A stretch of 64,000 nucleotides of DNA, taken from the NCBI GenBank assembly GCA_003250475.1, contig QKGI01000074.1:3101-67100 (forward strand), given 5' to 3'. Shown one piece after another: positions 28,414 to 39,000 of the stretch (its first letter is position 1; the number at the start of each line of letters is the position of its first letter). A model generated the notes under the pieces. That model had not been told where the DNA came from. It did not search any database and worked only from the letters and a program-made list of their open reading frames with translations. The position numbers were made by a program, and so were the translations under genes. The DNA comes from Bacteroidota bacterium. GTDB lineage: Bacteria; Bacteroidota; Bacteroidia; Bacteroidales; VadinHA17.

Positions 28414-28895
28414 GACGGTGTGGGCGAATCCTTCCCGTTCTCTCCCCTTATCTCAATGTTGTGACGGCGGCAAAAACCCTCAACAGCTTCAATAATAGCA
28501 GAAGACTGTTCAGGGTAGTACGTGCCAAGCCTGAGGGTCGTCTTTTTTTCACCGGTATAAAAGTCTATGATAAGGGTTTTAAACTCGACAGATGTGAGTG
28601 ACGAGGTGGTGAAAGACAGAGGCGGACGATAGAACTCCTGCCGTAAGGTGATCTTCTCGTCACCAATTTCTATATACCTTTTAGTGTAACCCAGTCCGGA
28701 TGCCAGGAGCCACAGGGAGAACAGAATAAGAAAAACTATGGCTATCCATGCCGTTTCGATGGAGGCTGACGTGCCCCTGATACTGTACATATACCAGACA
28801 GCGACGACTATACCTGCAATACCCAGGATTATTCTGAGAACTCTTCCTAAGAGTGTATTCTCATGCAGATCAATACTGTATCTCTTATCAGCCAT
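28410..28895 (-). CDS. Hypothetical 2-TM membrane protein
   Basis: Two hydrophobic helices then a soluble beta-rich domain; ATGA overlap with the downstream oxidoreductase. Confidence 0.75.
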   Translation of the reverse strand: MADKRYSIDLHENTLLGRVLRIILGIAGIVVAVWYMYSIRGTSASIETAWIAIVFLILFSLWLLASGLGYTKRYIEIGDEKITLRQEFYRPPLSFTTSSLTSVEFKTLIIDFYTGEKKTTLRLGTYYPEQSSAIIEAVEGFCRRHNIEIRGENGKDSPTPS

Positions 28896-29026
28896 GTGAA
28901 TTCTTTTTATGCAATTTACTTAATTTTTCAGGAGAGCGCGGCACATTTTAAAATCGGCTCCCGTTTTATTTTACGCATGAATTATTTACTTTTAAAGTCT
29001 GTATAGAACCTTAACCACCCATAATC

Positions 29027-30526
29027 ATGAAAGAGGAATCAAAAAAAATCACGAGACGTTCATTTGTTGGCACTACCGGAACAGCCTTTGCCGGTCTGAC
29101 AATTCTCCCCGGTAACGTAGTAAGTGGCCTGGGACACCGTGCCCCCAGCGATAAACTTAATATTGCCGGTATCGGTATCGGCGGCGTAGGAGCTACCAAC
29201 ATCAGGAACGTTGCCTCGTCAGAAAATATAGTTGCTTTGTGTGATGTTGACTGGGCCTATTCGAAGAGAGTCTTCGATGCCTATCCATCTGCCAGGAGAT
29301 ACTGGGATTTCAGGAAGATGTATGACGAGATGGGTAAATCAATTGATGCTGTCATCATTGCCACCGCAGACCATACACATGCTCTTGCGGCAGCACATGC
29401 GATGACAATGGGTAAACATGTGTACCTGCAGAAGCCTCTGACACACAGTGTGTATGAGTCGAGACTTCTGACTAAGCTTGCTGCGAAGCACAGGGTAGCC
29501 ACCTCGATGGGTAACCAGGGCTCCTCTGCAATCGGTGTGGACCTGGTTCAGGAGTGGATACAGAACCGGGAAATCGGCGAGGTGACGAAAGTGGAAGCTT
29601 TCACTGACCGGCCTATCTGGCCCCAGGGTCTGAATACGCCTTCAAAAGTGGATAAGGTTCCAAAAACGCTGGACTGGGATCTGTTCCTGGGACCTGCTCC
29701 CGTGAGGCCATTCAATGCAATCTATCATCCATGGAACTGGAGAGGCTGGTGGGATTTCGGAACGGGTGCCCTGGGTGATATGGCATGCCATATACTTCAT
29801 CCTGTATTCAAATCCCTCAGGCTTACATACCCGACCAAAGTACAGGGCAGTTCCACGCTGCTTCTGAATGACTGTGCCCCAAATGCGCAGACAGTGAAGT
29901 ATGTCTATCCGGCAAGGACAGCACCGTCACATTACAAGATTGATCTTCCCGAGGTGGAGGTGACCTGGTATGACGGTGGCCTTCAGCCAATGAAGCCGGA
30001 AGGATGGCCCGCCGGCAGGGATATGAATGATCAGGGTGGCGGAGTCATCTTCCACGGTACAAAGGATAAGCTCATCTGCGGTTGCTACGGAATTAATCCG
30101 TGGCTGCTTTCAGGCAGAGTGCCAAAAGCTCCAGAAACCGAAAGGCGTGTTGAAAATGCCACCAGGGGAGGACATGAGATGGATTGGGTAAGAGCCTGCA
30201 AAGAGAGTCCTGAAAACAGGGTGATGACCAAATCAGACTTCTCTGAAGCCGGACCGTTCAATGAAATGGTTGTGATGGGCGTCCTCGCAGTCAGGCTGCA
30301 GGGACTTAACAGAACACTCGAATGGGATGGAGAGAAGATGGAGTTTACCAATATAAATGACACGGATAATATTAAAATATGCGTCGAGGATCACTTTAAT
30401 ATAACTGATGGTCATCCGACATTTGACAGAAAGTATACCGACCCGATAAATGCCAGGCATTTTGCAGCTGAGATGATACGGCATACTTATCGTGACGGAT
30501 GGGCATTGCCCGAAATGCCAGCTTAA
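29027..30526 (+). CDS. Gfo/Idh/MocA family oxidoreductase, Tat-exported (glycoside 3-dehydrogenase-like)
   Basis: TRRSFV, APSDKLNIAGIGIGG, ATADHTH, QKPL, WRGWWDFGTGALGDMACH. Confidence 0.92.
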   Translation: MKEESKKITRRSFVGTTGTAFAGLTILPGNVVSGLGHRAPSDKLNIAGIGIGGVGATNIRNVASSENIVALCDVDWAYSKRVFDAYPSARRYWDFRKMYDEMGKSIDAVIIATADHTHALAAAHAMTMGKHVYLQKPLTHSVYESRLLTKLAAKHRVATSMGNQGSSAIGVDLVQEWIQNREIGEVTKVEAFTDRPIWPQGLNTPSKVDKVPKTLDWDLFLGPAPVRPFNAIYHPWNWRGWWDFGTGALGDMACHILHPVFKSLRLTYPTKVQGSSTLLLNDCAPNAQTVKYVYPARTAPSHYKIDLPEVEVTWYDGGLQPMKPEGWPAGRDMNDQGGGVIFHGTKDKLICGCYGINPWLLSGRVPKAPETERRVENATRGGHEMDWVRACKESPENRVMTKSDFSEAGPFNEMVVMGVLAVRLQGLNRTLEWDGEKMEFTNINDTDNIKICVEDHFNITDGHPTFDRKYTDPINARHFAAEMIRHTYRDGWALPEMPA

Positions 30527-30564
30527 CCATATAGCTTTAACTCAAACAAATAAAACTCAACTCT

Positions 30565-31311
30565 ATGAAACTGTTTAAATCATTGTTGGTAATTGCACTT
30601 ACCCTGTCCTTTGTCGCGTGCGGACCGGGGAAGGATAAAAAGAGCGCCGCGAATAAGTCGGCTGAACCTGAGGTATGGACGACTCTTTTTGACGGGTCCT
30701 CCACAGAGGGATGGCGCAATTATAACAAGGCAACCTTTCCCGAGCAGGGATGGGAGATTGTAGATGGCACTCTGCACTGTATAGGCTCCGGCAAGGGCGA
30801 GGCCGGTGGTAAAGGCGGAGACATCGTTTATGACAAGAAATTCTCAAATTTCGATCTGAAGCTGGAGTGGAAGATTTCGGAAGGAGGCAACAGCGGTGTT
30901 ATGTACCTGGTGCAGGAAGGACCAGAATGGTCAGCACCATGGAAGACAGGTCCTGAAATGCAGATTCTTGATAATGAGCGTCATCCTGACGCCCAGGCAG
31001 GCAAGAACGGAAACCGTATGGCAGGCTCCCTGTACGATCTCATTCCCGCCGTCCCGCAGAATGCCAAACCGGCTGGCGAGTGGAATACAGCCGAGATAAA
31101 AGTGTACAAAGGATCAGTATGGCATATCCAGAATGGTGAAACGGTTCTGGAATATCATATGTGGACACCGGAGTTTAATGCTCTCATCCTTGACAGCAAG
31201 TGGCCCGGAGAAAACCCGGATTGGGCCAATATTGCCACCGAAGGGTTTATTGCTCTTCAGGACCATGGCGATGACGTCTGGTTCAGAAATATCCAGATAA
31301 GGGAACTTTAA
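30565..31311 (+). CDS. DUF1080 (3-keto-disaccharide hydrolase/lyase family) lipoprotein
   Basis: Lipobox FVAC, LFDG...GW, LKLEWK...NSGV, EMQILD, GSLYD, GEWN, LQDHG..VWFRNI. Confidence 0.92.
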   Translation: MKLFKSLLVIALTLSFVACGPGKDKKSAANKSAEPEVWTTLFDGSSTEGWRNYNKATFPEQGWEIVDGTLHCIGSGKGEAGGKGGDIVYDKKFSNFDLKLEWKISEGGNSGVMYLVQEGPEWSAPWKTGPEMQILDNERHPDAQAGKNGNRMAGSLYDLIPAVPQNAKPAGEWNTAEIKVYKGSVWHIQNGETVLEYHMWTPEFNALILDSKWPGENPDWANIATEGFIALQDHGDDVWFRNIQIREL

Positions 31312-31332
31312 GTCAAAGAGCATAGAAGCATG

Positions 31333-31369
31333 AAAGGCGTCAGGAATCATTTCCCGGCGCCTTTTTTTT
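31333..31369. terminator. Intrinsic terminator between convergent genes
   Basis: Stem aaaggcgtcaggaa/ttcccggcgccttt with a T8 tail. Confidence 0.8.
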
Positions 31370-31409
31370 GGATTCTAACGGCATTTCAGGATTGTCGGAC
31401 GATTGTGCC

Positions 31410-31994
31410 TCAGAGCACCGGATTGCCTTTTAATCCTATCTCCTCAGCCACCTCCCTCATGCCCATGATTGTGTCGGTAATCAGGTCACCGAGATCGACG
31501 CCGAGCATTGCAGCACCTTTCTCGATAACACTCCTGTCCACGCCGGCGGCAAATCTCTTGTCCGACCATTTCTTACGTACTGACCTGGCCTCCATGTCAA
31601 GGATGCTCCTCGAAGGTCTGACAAGGGCACTGGTAGTCACCAGGCCAGTCAATTCATCGATGGCGAAAAGAGTCCTTTCAAGTAGTGAAACAGGCTCCGT
31701 ATCAGAGCATATGCCATAACCATGACTTATTACAGCCCTTATATATTCCTCAGGCCAGCCCTCATCCCTCATTATCCTTTCAGTCATTGTGCAATGCTGA
31801 TCAGGGTACATCTCATAATCCAGGTCGTGAATCAATCCTATAACACCCCATTTCTCCTCGTCCTCACCGTGCTTGCGTGCCATATATCTCATCACTGCCT
31901 CCACGGAAAGAGCATGTTTGTAGAGACTGTCGGAGGTGTTGTACTTGCGGAACAGCTCAAGAGCTTCGTTCCTTGTTGGTTTTGTTCCTGTCAT
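31410..31994 (-). CDS. HD-domain (HDIG-like) hydrolase
   Basis: KHALSVEA, GLIHDLDYE, ISHG, AIDELTG, FAAGVDR. Confidence 0.9.
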   Translation of the reverse strand: MTGTKPTRNEALELFRKYNTSDSLYKHALSVEAVMRYMARKHGEDEEKWGVIGLIHDLDYEMYPDQHCTMTERIMRDEGWPEEYIRAVISHGYGICSDTEPVSLLERTLFAIDELTGLVTTSALVRPSRSILDMEARSVRKKWSDKRFAAGVDRSVIEKGAAMLGVDLGDLITDTIMGMREVAEEIGLKGNPVL

Positions 31995-32006
31995 TGTATT
32001 TGGATT

Positions 32007-32146
32007 AGGTCTGAAGGTCTGGGGTCATGCAGTCGTGCAGTCTTGCGGTCATGCAGTCTTGTTATCATGCGGTCATGTAGTCATTCGGAGCATAGCGGGG
32101 ATCCGCGACTGTAAGGTCGGGACTGTCTTGCTGTCTGAAGGTCTCA
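32007..32146. repeat. Degenerate short tandem repeat array (8 x 8 bp RGTCATGC-like) with flanking reverse-complement copies of the 25.2-kb repeat unit
   Basis: aggtctgaaggtctggggtc at 32007-32026; octamers ggtcatgc agtcgtgc agtcttgc ggtcatgc agtcttgt tatcatgc ggtcatgt agtcattc at 32023-32086; gtctgaaggtct near 32133. Confidence 0.85.
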
Positions 32147-32173
32147 GGGGAGAGGGAGTCATTTGCCAGGGGG

Positions 32174-35100
32174 TCATGTTTTAATCACTTTCACGGTAGT
32201 ATTTTTTCCTCCTATGTTGATCCTGAGTGTGTAAACGCCGTTTGCCAGGTGACGGCATCCGAACGGTATCCTGTTTCTTCCGGGAAGAAGTGCGAATGAC
32301 GACTTCATTACAATTCTTCCGCCGGAATCAATTAGTTCAGCAGATGCCATTTGTTCACCCTCAAAATCCAGTTCAAGGATAAAACTCTCCTTGAAAGGGT
32401 TGGGTATTATGTTCATGGATTCTTTGGGAATCTCCATACCGGTTCCTGACCTGATAAATGATACATACGCGGTATCATTGCCGGCGTATCCATCTTCCGG
32501 AAGCCGGCTGATGACATAAATAAGATAGTTTACATCGGACTGCAGTGAGCATTTTTGTCTGAATACAACATCGACGGTATCGCCAGGATCAATCTTCTGG
32601 TAAAAAGTTTCATTGACAAGCTCCCCGTCATTTATCCTGTATGCCAGGGGAAAGCTCGTAAGGGCCGTACGTCCGAAATTTATCACTCTACCGGATATTG
32701 CTATGTCATTGAGAACGGCAGAAGCCGGTGGGGGATAAACAGAATCAATATGTAAGTCAGCATCCAGAAATGAAATGTCAGGAAAGGTTATTTTGTCTAT
32801 CCAGGCTGCATCCAATCCTTCGGATATTGAGACATCCTTCTTATATACCCACTCAAGCAGATGAACACCCGGATCCAGGACTTTCTTTCTCACTGTCCAG
32901 GGTTTGTCTCCTGATATCTCAAGGTCTGCAACGCTATCGACCCTGAATGTCATAATATCATAATTGGATTCTGATGAAACCCTGGCATAAAATGACAGAG
33001 TATCCGCAACAGGGTTGTTGACATAGATCGACAGCACAGTCTCCGTTTTGTCTGGTATTATGGCTGACCTGGCCGAGCAGACGTTTTCATATGAGGTCAT
33101 TGAGGTAATGGTCCAGGGGTAATCTTCGGAGCGTATCCATGGGAATACGTCGAACCTGTTAAACTCCCATGTTTCTCGGGTCTTGCCCGTGCTTATAGAC
33201 CATGAGCCTCCTGTTTCATATTTGCCGCACACAAAATCCACATTGAAAGGAATGACCCTGCCCGGGGCAGCGAGAATCGAAATGTCAGCAACGAAACTTA
33301 TAATTTTTTCTTCGCCGGGTTTTACAGTATCGGTAGGTAGTGTCGGTTCAGTAATATTAAGGAACGGGTCAGTGGTGGTGAGGGTCACTTCACCCGAGGC
33401 TGCAGATGACCCTTCATTTTTGATCCTGACATTAATATGTATCGTCTCTCCCGGATCAGGAAGGAAGTTGGAGTTTCCCGGGGAGGAGTCATCATGAACA
33501 GCAGAGATGATCTTAAGCTGTGGGGCACGTATGGTCATATCTATGCCGAAAGGATATTCATCACCGTTATTGCTGAGATTCAGGAGAAGGGAGGCAAACT
33601 CCCCGTCTTCTGCATCGTCAGAAAGGCTGAACACAAAGCTGCCGGAAATGGTATACGAGGCTCCCGGCAGCAGTATGCCTATATCTGCATAACCCGATTC
33701 AACTGATACCGGGCCGGAGTTTGGTGCAAGGGTTGCAGTAAGGTGTGATGATGCTGTCTCTCCCAGGTTACGGATCGTTACCTTCAGGTTTATTGTCTCA
33801 CCGTAATCCGGGACACCGTTGCTGTTACCTGCCGAATCATCGAAGAGAATATCACCGGCAGTAATAAATACGCCGCTCACCGGGGCAAAGTGTATAGTCT
33901 TCATAAACGGCACTTTGTTTTGTCCTGTGACAACAACCAGGCATGAGTCCTTTACGCCTTCCGGTATCGAAAGGGAGACGTTGCCGGAAGGGCTGACGAA
34001 ACTTGCGTCCCACAGGGTGTCAAAATCCGACAGTGCAGCATAGGCAAACGGTTCGCAGAAGAAATCGAGAGCCTCCAGCGTGCCAGGGAGAGTGTCAGCG
34101 ATTGATATGGAGAATGTGTCAGGCCTGCCAATAACAGGGGTAAGTGAAGGATCTCCGAGCAGAATGTATGTTTCCCAGTAGTATTTCTTCCTCGAGCTTG
34201 TACTTGCTGAGACTGCCATGTTACCTGAGAAATTGATCTGCCCCATGGGGGAATACCATTCCCCGGGAGGCTCGCTGTTAGAATGAAAGAGCCGGTCAAA
34301 AGCGCCGAGGCCGGATGTTTCATAAGAGGCATCAAGTGCAGGGATCCCGGGACCGACAGCCCAGAAGAAATCCTCTGCCCAGTATGAATCATTGGTACAT
34401 CCTATATATCCAAGGGCACCCTTTTCAGGGGTCGAAACCATTGAAGTCCCGAAACAGGGGGTTACATTTATCTGTGCAGTACGGCACGCATTGGCTATTA
34501 TCAGTGGATATTCACCGGTGTTTGTCAGGTCCTTCACCATGGAGGCACTGAAGAGAGGATCACTGAATCCGGTAGCCTCTCCGTGTCCGGTATAGTTTAG
34601 AAGGCAAAGCCCTTTGTTGAATACCGTTTTAAGCGAATCATCCTTAAACTGGGATTCCGGGTACAGCCACTTATAGGTTTTCAGAGATGTATCTGACCCA
34701 AGATAATTATTGTAGAGGTAGTTTACCTGACCGTTCATGTAAAGCTCATAACCGGGTGCATTGCCAGCGGTTGCCACCGCTGCAGACCAGAAGTTGTTTG
34801 ATGGGTCATGGTTAAATGTCTCGTAGTCGATAATTTTTTTAACCATACCCTTCAATTGTGTCGTGTCACTGGCAGGCAGTCTTCCTATAAACAACTCCGG
34901 TATGTAATCACCTCCGCCGTCAAACTCGCCGTAATACAGGTCTGAAACATAATTCGTCCCACGCGATGTGGGTATTATTGAAGGATCGCCGGCAATAAGC
35001 AGGTACTGTACCGGGACCCCGGAAGCTACAGAGTTTAAATATATATCGGTGATCTTTTTCTTAAGGTAATAGTAGACCGTATCAGCCGGTCCGCTCTGCT

Positions 35101-35908
35101 TATAGACCACTGTGCTTTGTATTCCTTTAAGCATCTTCCATCTTATAAGAGGTTTGAGGTGCTTCGCGAATACAGAGTCGGTTACAATAATCATATTAAC
35201 AGGTCTGTCAGTATATCCTGTAATGTATGCATCTGACACATAACCACCTTTGTCAGCCTGGACAAGATCCTGATCACTGCCTTTGGATTCCGATGGCTCG
35301 TATGTGATATTAAGTTCCATCGAGGTAATGAGATCTACTGACCCGCCGGCAGGGTCATAAAATGCAGGATAAACAGCTATGTTTGCAAGTCTGCGTCCTC
35401 TGTATATGCCTTCATGGCTAATAATAACTGTATCATGCCCGATGATCCCCCTTGAGTCATATACCTTTGCATCTTTTACTCTTACCTTTTCATCCTGCGT
35501 CTCGTTTTTGGTTCTTGCCGGTTGTGACGGAAAGATCTCGGCATGACCCCTGGCATAGTTTTTCAACTTTATCCTGCGGGAGCTGACGCCTGAGAGAGTA
35601 ACGCGGATGTCCATACCGTCGGGGAGCTCCACCAGCCTGCTGTATACGGGCAGCTCCGGTTTTCCAGTCTCAGAGGTTAAGTGATGGCCGGGAAGGAAAA
35701 GCCGGAGATAGGTGCCGGTTGGATCATCAATCTCCCTGAAAACCGGCTCCTGCGTGCGGTAAGAGATGCCCGTGGGGTGTGAGGTTACAGCTCCCGCACC
35801 GTGTGCACTGCCAGATCGTACTAAAGGATCCTGTGAATGTACTCCGGGCCGGTTAACCAGCATCAATAAAGCTGTAAGCAGAACAATAGCTCTGTTGTTT
35901 ACCCTCAT
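32174..35908 (-). CDS. C25 family (gingipain-like) cysteine peptidase with propeptide, Ig-like repeats and T9SS C-terminal sorting domain
   Basis: GKPELPV propeptide, YLLIAGD, SDLYY, PELFIGRL, catalytic NYTGHG and IANAC, LLGDPSL, CTD IIPNPF...LANGVYTLRI...KVIK. ATG at 35908 preferred to the TTG at 35962. Confidence 0.92.
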   Translation of the reverse strand: MRVNNRAIVLLTALLMLVNRPGVHSQDPLVRSGSAHGAGAVTSHPTGISYRTQEPVFREIDDPTGTYLRLFLPGHHLTSETGKPELPVYSRLVELPDGMDIRVTLSGVSSRRIKLKNYARGHAEIFPSQPARTKNETQDEKVRVKDAKVYDSRGIIGHDTVIISHEGIYRGRRLANIAVYPAFYDPAGGSVDLITSMELNITYEPSESKGSDQDLVQADKGGYVSDAYITGYTDRPVNMIIVTDSVFAKHLKPLIRWKMLKGIQSTVVYKQSGPADTVYYYLKKKITDIYLNSVASGVPVQYLLIAGDPSIIPTSRGTNYVSDLYYGEFDGGGDYIPELFIGRLPASDTTQLKGMVKKIIDYETFNHDPSNNFWSAAVATAGNAPGYELYMNGQVNYLYNNYLGSDTSLKTYKWLYPESQFKDDSLKTVFNKGLCLLNYTGHGEATGFSDPLFSASMVKDLTNTGEYPLIIANACRTAQINVTPCFGTSMVSTPEKGALGYIGCTNDSYWAEDFFWAVGPGIPALDASYETSGLGAFDRLFHSNSEPPGEWYSPMGQINFSGNMAVSASTSSRKKYYWETYILLGDPSLTPVIGRPDTFSISIADTLPGTLEALDFFCEPFAYAALSDFDTLWDASFVSPSGNVSLSIPEGVKDSCLVVVTGQNKVPFMKTIHFAPVSGVFITAGDILFDDSAGNSNGVPDYGETINLKVTIRNLGETASSHLTATLAPNSGPVSVESGYADIGILLPGASYTISGSFVFSLSDDAEDGEFASLLLNLSNNGDEYPFGIDMTIRAPQLKIISAVHDDSSPGNSNFLPDPGETIHINVRIKNEGSSAASGEVTLTTTDPFLNITEPTLPTDTVKPGEEKIISFVADISILAAPGRVIPFNVDFVCGKYETGGSWSISTGKTRETWEFNRFDVFPWIRSEDYPWTITSMTSYENVCSARSAIIPDKTETVLSIYVNNPVADTLSFYARVSSESNYDIMTFRVDSVADLEISGDKPWTVRKKVLDPGVHLLEWVYKKDVSISEGLDAAWIDKITFPDISFLDADLHIDSVYPPPASAVLNDIAISGRVINFGRTALTSFPLAYRINDGELVNETFYQKIDPGDTVDVVFRQKCSLQSDVNYLIYVISRLPEDGYAGNDTAYVSFIRSGTGMEIPKESMNIIPNPFKESFILELDFEGEQMASAELIDSGGRIVMKSSFALLPGRNRIPFGCRHLANGVYTLRINIGGKNTTVKVIKT

Positions 35909-36032
35909 AACCTGAATATACGAAGCCAAGATAATTAAAAAAAGTCTCAAATCGAATGCCAAAGCTGCCTGCCGTAGTTATTCAATTTGAATTTGTATAT
36001 TTAACTTTTAATTCAATGAAATTGTTCAAAGA

Positions 36033-39000
36033 ATGAAGAAAGGACTTCTGCTTATCGGATTCCTTTTAGTCTACTCATTAACAGCCCGATCACAAATCAA
36101 CAAAACAGGAACGCCGTTGATCAGCTGGTTTGATGCTGCCGACACCCCCGGTGACCTCTGCAACCTCAGTATAACGATGGACAAAAGGGGTGTGATGTTC
36201 TTCGGCAATGAGACTAACGGGATAGTCACCTATGACGGATCTTCCTGGGATATGATAAGCATGAACAACCCTCAGAAAGTCATCTCCCTGGCTACTGATA
36301 CAAGAGGTATAGTATATGTCGGCGGTGAGAGTGATTTTGGATTCCTTCAGCCTGATCTTACAGGACGACTGGCATTCTGCTCCCTTGCCCCGAAAACTCC
36401 AGGTCAGGCGACTCCCGGGGGAAGATCACCTGTAACATCCATTGCATCAGACAGTAACAAGGTTTATTTTGCCGATGGAAGAGGTTTGTACATTTACGAT
36501 ATCCGGCGCGATACAGTCGCATTCGTCGATCTGGCAAATGATTATGATCTCCAGAATGCAGGCAGGCTGGTCATTATAGACAGACGAATAATTATTGCCG
36601 ATAATATAGCCGGACTTTTTGAATATGCTGAGGGAAAGATCACTCCACTGCCAGGGGGTGACCAGCTCAGACTGACACGTTTTGTCAGATTACTCCCGTA
36701 TGACAGTGATAATATCCTGATAGGTACTGTGGATAAAGGTCTTGTTACCTTCAACCTTAAGGCAGGGACCCTCAACAATCGCTTCCTTGAGCAGGATGAC
36801 AACAGCAGGCTCATGAAAACCACCCTGACTGACGTTGCGATACTTCCAGGAAGCATGATCGCAGCAGGGCTGGCTGATGGCGGAGGGGTTTATATTTTCA
36901 GTCACGACGGCAGGTTACTGCAACATATATCCGACAGAACAACCCCGATACGGGAATCGTCAGTGACATCCATGTATTGTGATTATACCTCAAACTCTCA
37001 GCTTTGGTTTTGCACAAAAGGATTGATAAACAGGGCTTATGTCTCTCTGCCGGCCAGTGAGTTTGGCAATGAGGCGGGTATAATTTCCGTCGCAGGCAGT
37101 TTTGCTGAGTTTCGTGATTCTGTTTACACCGGAACGGATGCTGGTCTGTACAAGAACTATGCAGACCTGTCAGGCGTGATGCGATTCCGGAAACTTGAAC
37201 ATACCGGCACCAGGATTAATGCTCTGGTTACAACGAACTTACCTGACGGAGAGGTGCTGCTTTCAGCTACAGATGACGGGCTCTGGCAGACGGATGAGTC
37301 AGGAGACATGCTATTCATCCTTAAAGGGGTCCATCTGACTGCTGTCAGCCCGGATGCTGACAGTGACCTGCTGGTTACCGGTTCAGATGATGGTATTATA
37401 AGAACGCTGGAACACTCTGCAGGCTTGTGGAAAGTGAAAAACACATGCCGGGGCGGGGAGGTGACCGGGTATGTAAAGGCCATAATCCGGTCTGATACAG
37501 GTGAATGGTGGATACAGACGACATCCCCATCCTCAGTCATCAGGATGAATTGCGAAGCTTCAGATACTACTTTTACACTTTATGGCCGTGGGAGGGGAAT
37601 CGGATGCGACACTATCAGCAATATGATCCGGATTGACAACAGTCTCTATCTCTGTACCGGGAAAGGTCTTTTCCGGTTTAACCCGGATGATGACACCTTT
37701 GTTAGAGATCATGATCTCATTGGGAATACATTTGACAATATCGCTGTCAACAATCTCATTAAAACACCGGAAGGTGATGTTTTCCTTTCAGGATTTGATA
37801 CCCGTAATTTTAATGCACTGGTAAGAACCACACGGCAGGGACATATTGTATTCAGGAGGCAGTTTGACTTCCTTCCGGATGTTCCCACGACAGGTATGGC
37901 TTTCATACAGGGTAATATATGGATTGCCAAGGGCAGGAGCATCTTCGTAATCGACAATACAAAACTTGGCTTCAGTTATGGCGCCTTCAGCGTTTTCTTT
38001 ACACGTATCGCTTCCGGCAGGAAACTTTTGATGGACGGTTCATTTTACACCCTCACTGCTGAGGGCATCCGAGTCCAGTCAGCCTGCCAGCCGGAAGATG
38101 CAGATATGGTACTGAGCCACACTGATAATAATATTACCTTCAGATGGACAACCACCTCTTATGTGGGTGAAGAAAATACCGTTTACCGTTGCAGGCTTGA
38201 TCCGTTTGACAAAAACTGGTCTGATTGGCAGGATCGTACTTACAGCGACTACACCAACCTTCCTCCGGGCGACTATACTTTCAGGCTGATGGCAAAGACC
38301 ATAACCGGCCTGGACAGTGAAGAACGTACTTGTTCATTCTCCGTAAAGAGACCATGGTATTTGTCGTTACCGGCTGTTATCCTGTATATTGCTGCTTTAT
38401 CTGTTATTCTCTTTGTGGTAATCAGTCGCTTCTTGAGAAAGATTAAGAAGCTGAACGCAAGACTTGACAATCTGCTCACCAGGCGGAGCGAGGCGGTTGA
38501 AAGGAGAGATGAGGAGATGGTATCACTTGAGCATTATTCGGCAATACTGCTTGAGGCTCTTCAGCCCTCTGAGAAGACTCTTGGCGGGGTATTTCCCAAT
38601 AGCTTCATCATGAGTAAACCACAGCTTGGTGTCAGCGGCGATTTCCGCTGGATGAAGTGCAGGCCGGGCAACTGTACCCTGGCCGTCGGAGACTGTACAG
38701 GTCACGGGGTATCATCAGCTCTCACCATCCTTACTATACTTACCCTGCTGGATGAGAAAGCCTCCGGTGAAGAAACAACCGGGCCATCAGCGATGCTGAG
38801 TTTCCTGCATGAGAGACTGGCGGAGATACATGACGCATCATCAAAGCCGCAACCGGGTCATGGCGGCACTGATATTGCGATGCTTGCCATCGACCGTGAC
38901 CAGATGAGTGCTGAATTTGCCGGCGCAGCACTACAGTGTTACAAGGTGACGGAGATGAGCAATGCCGATGTGGTAAAATGGAAGAATGGCGAACAGGATA

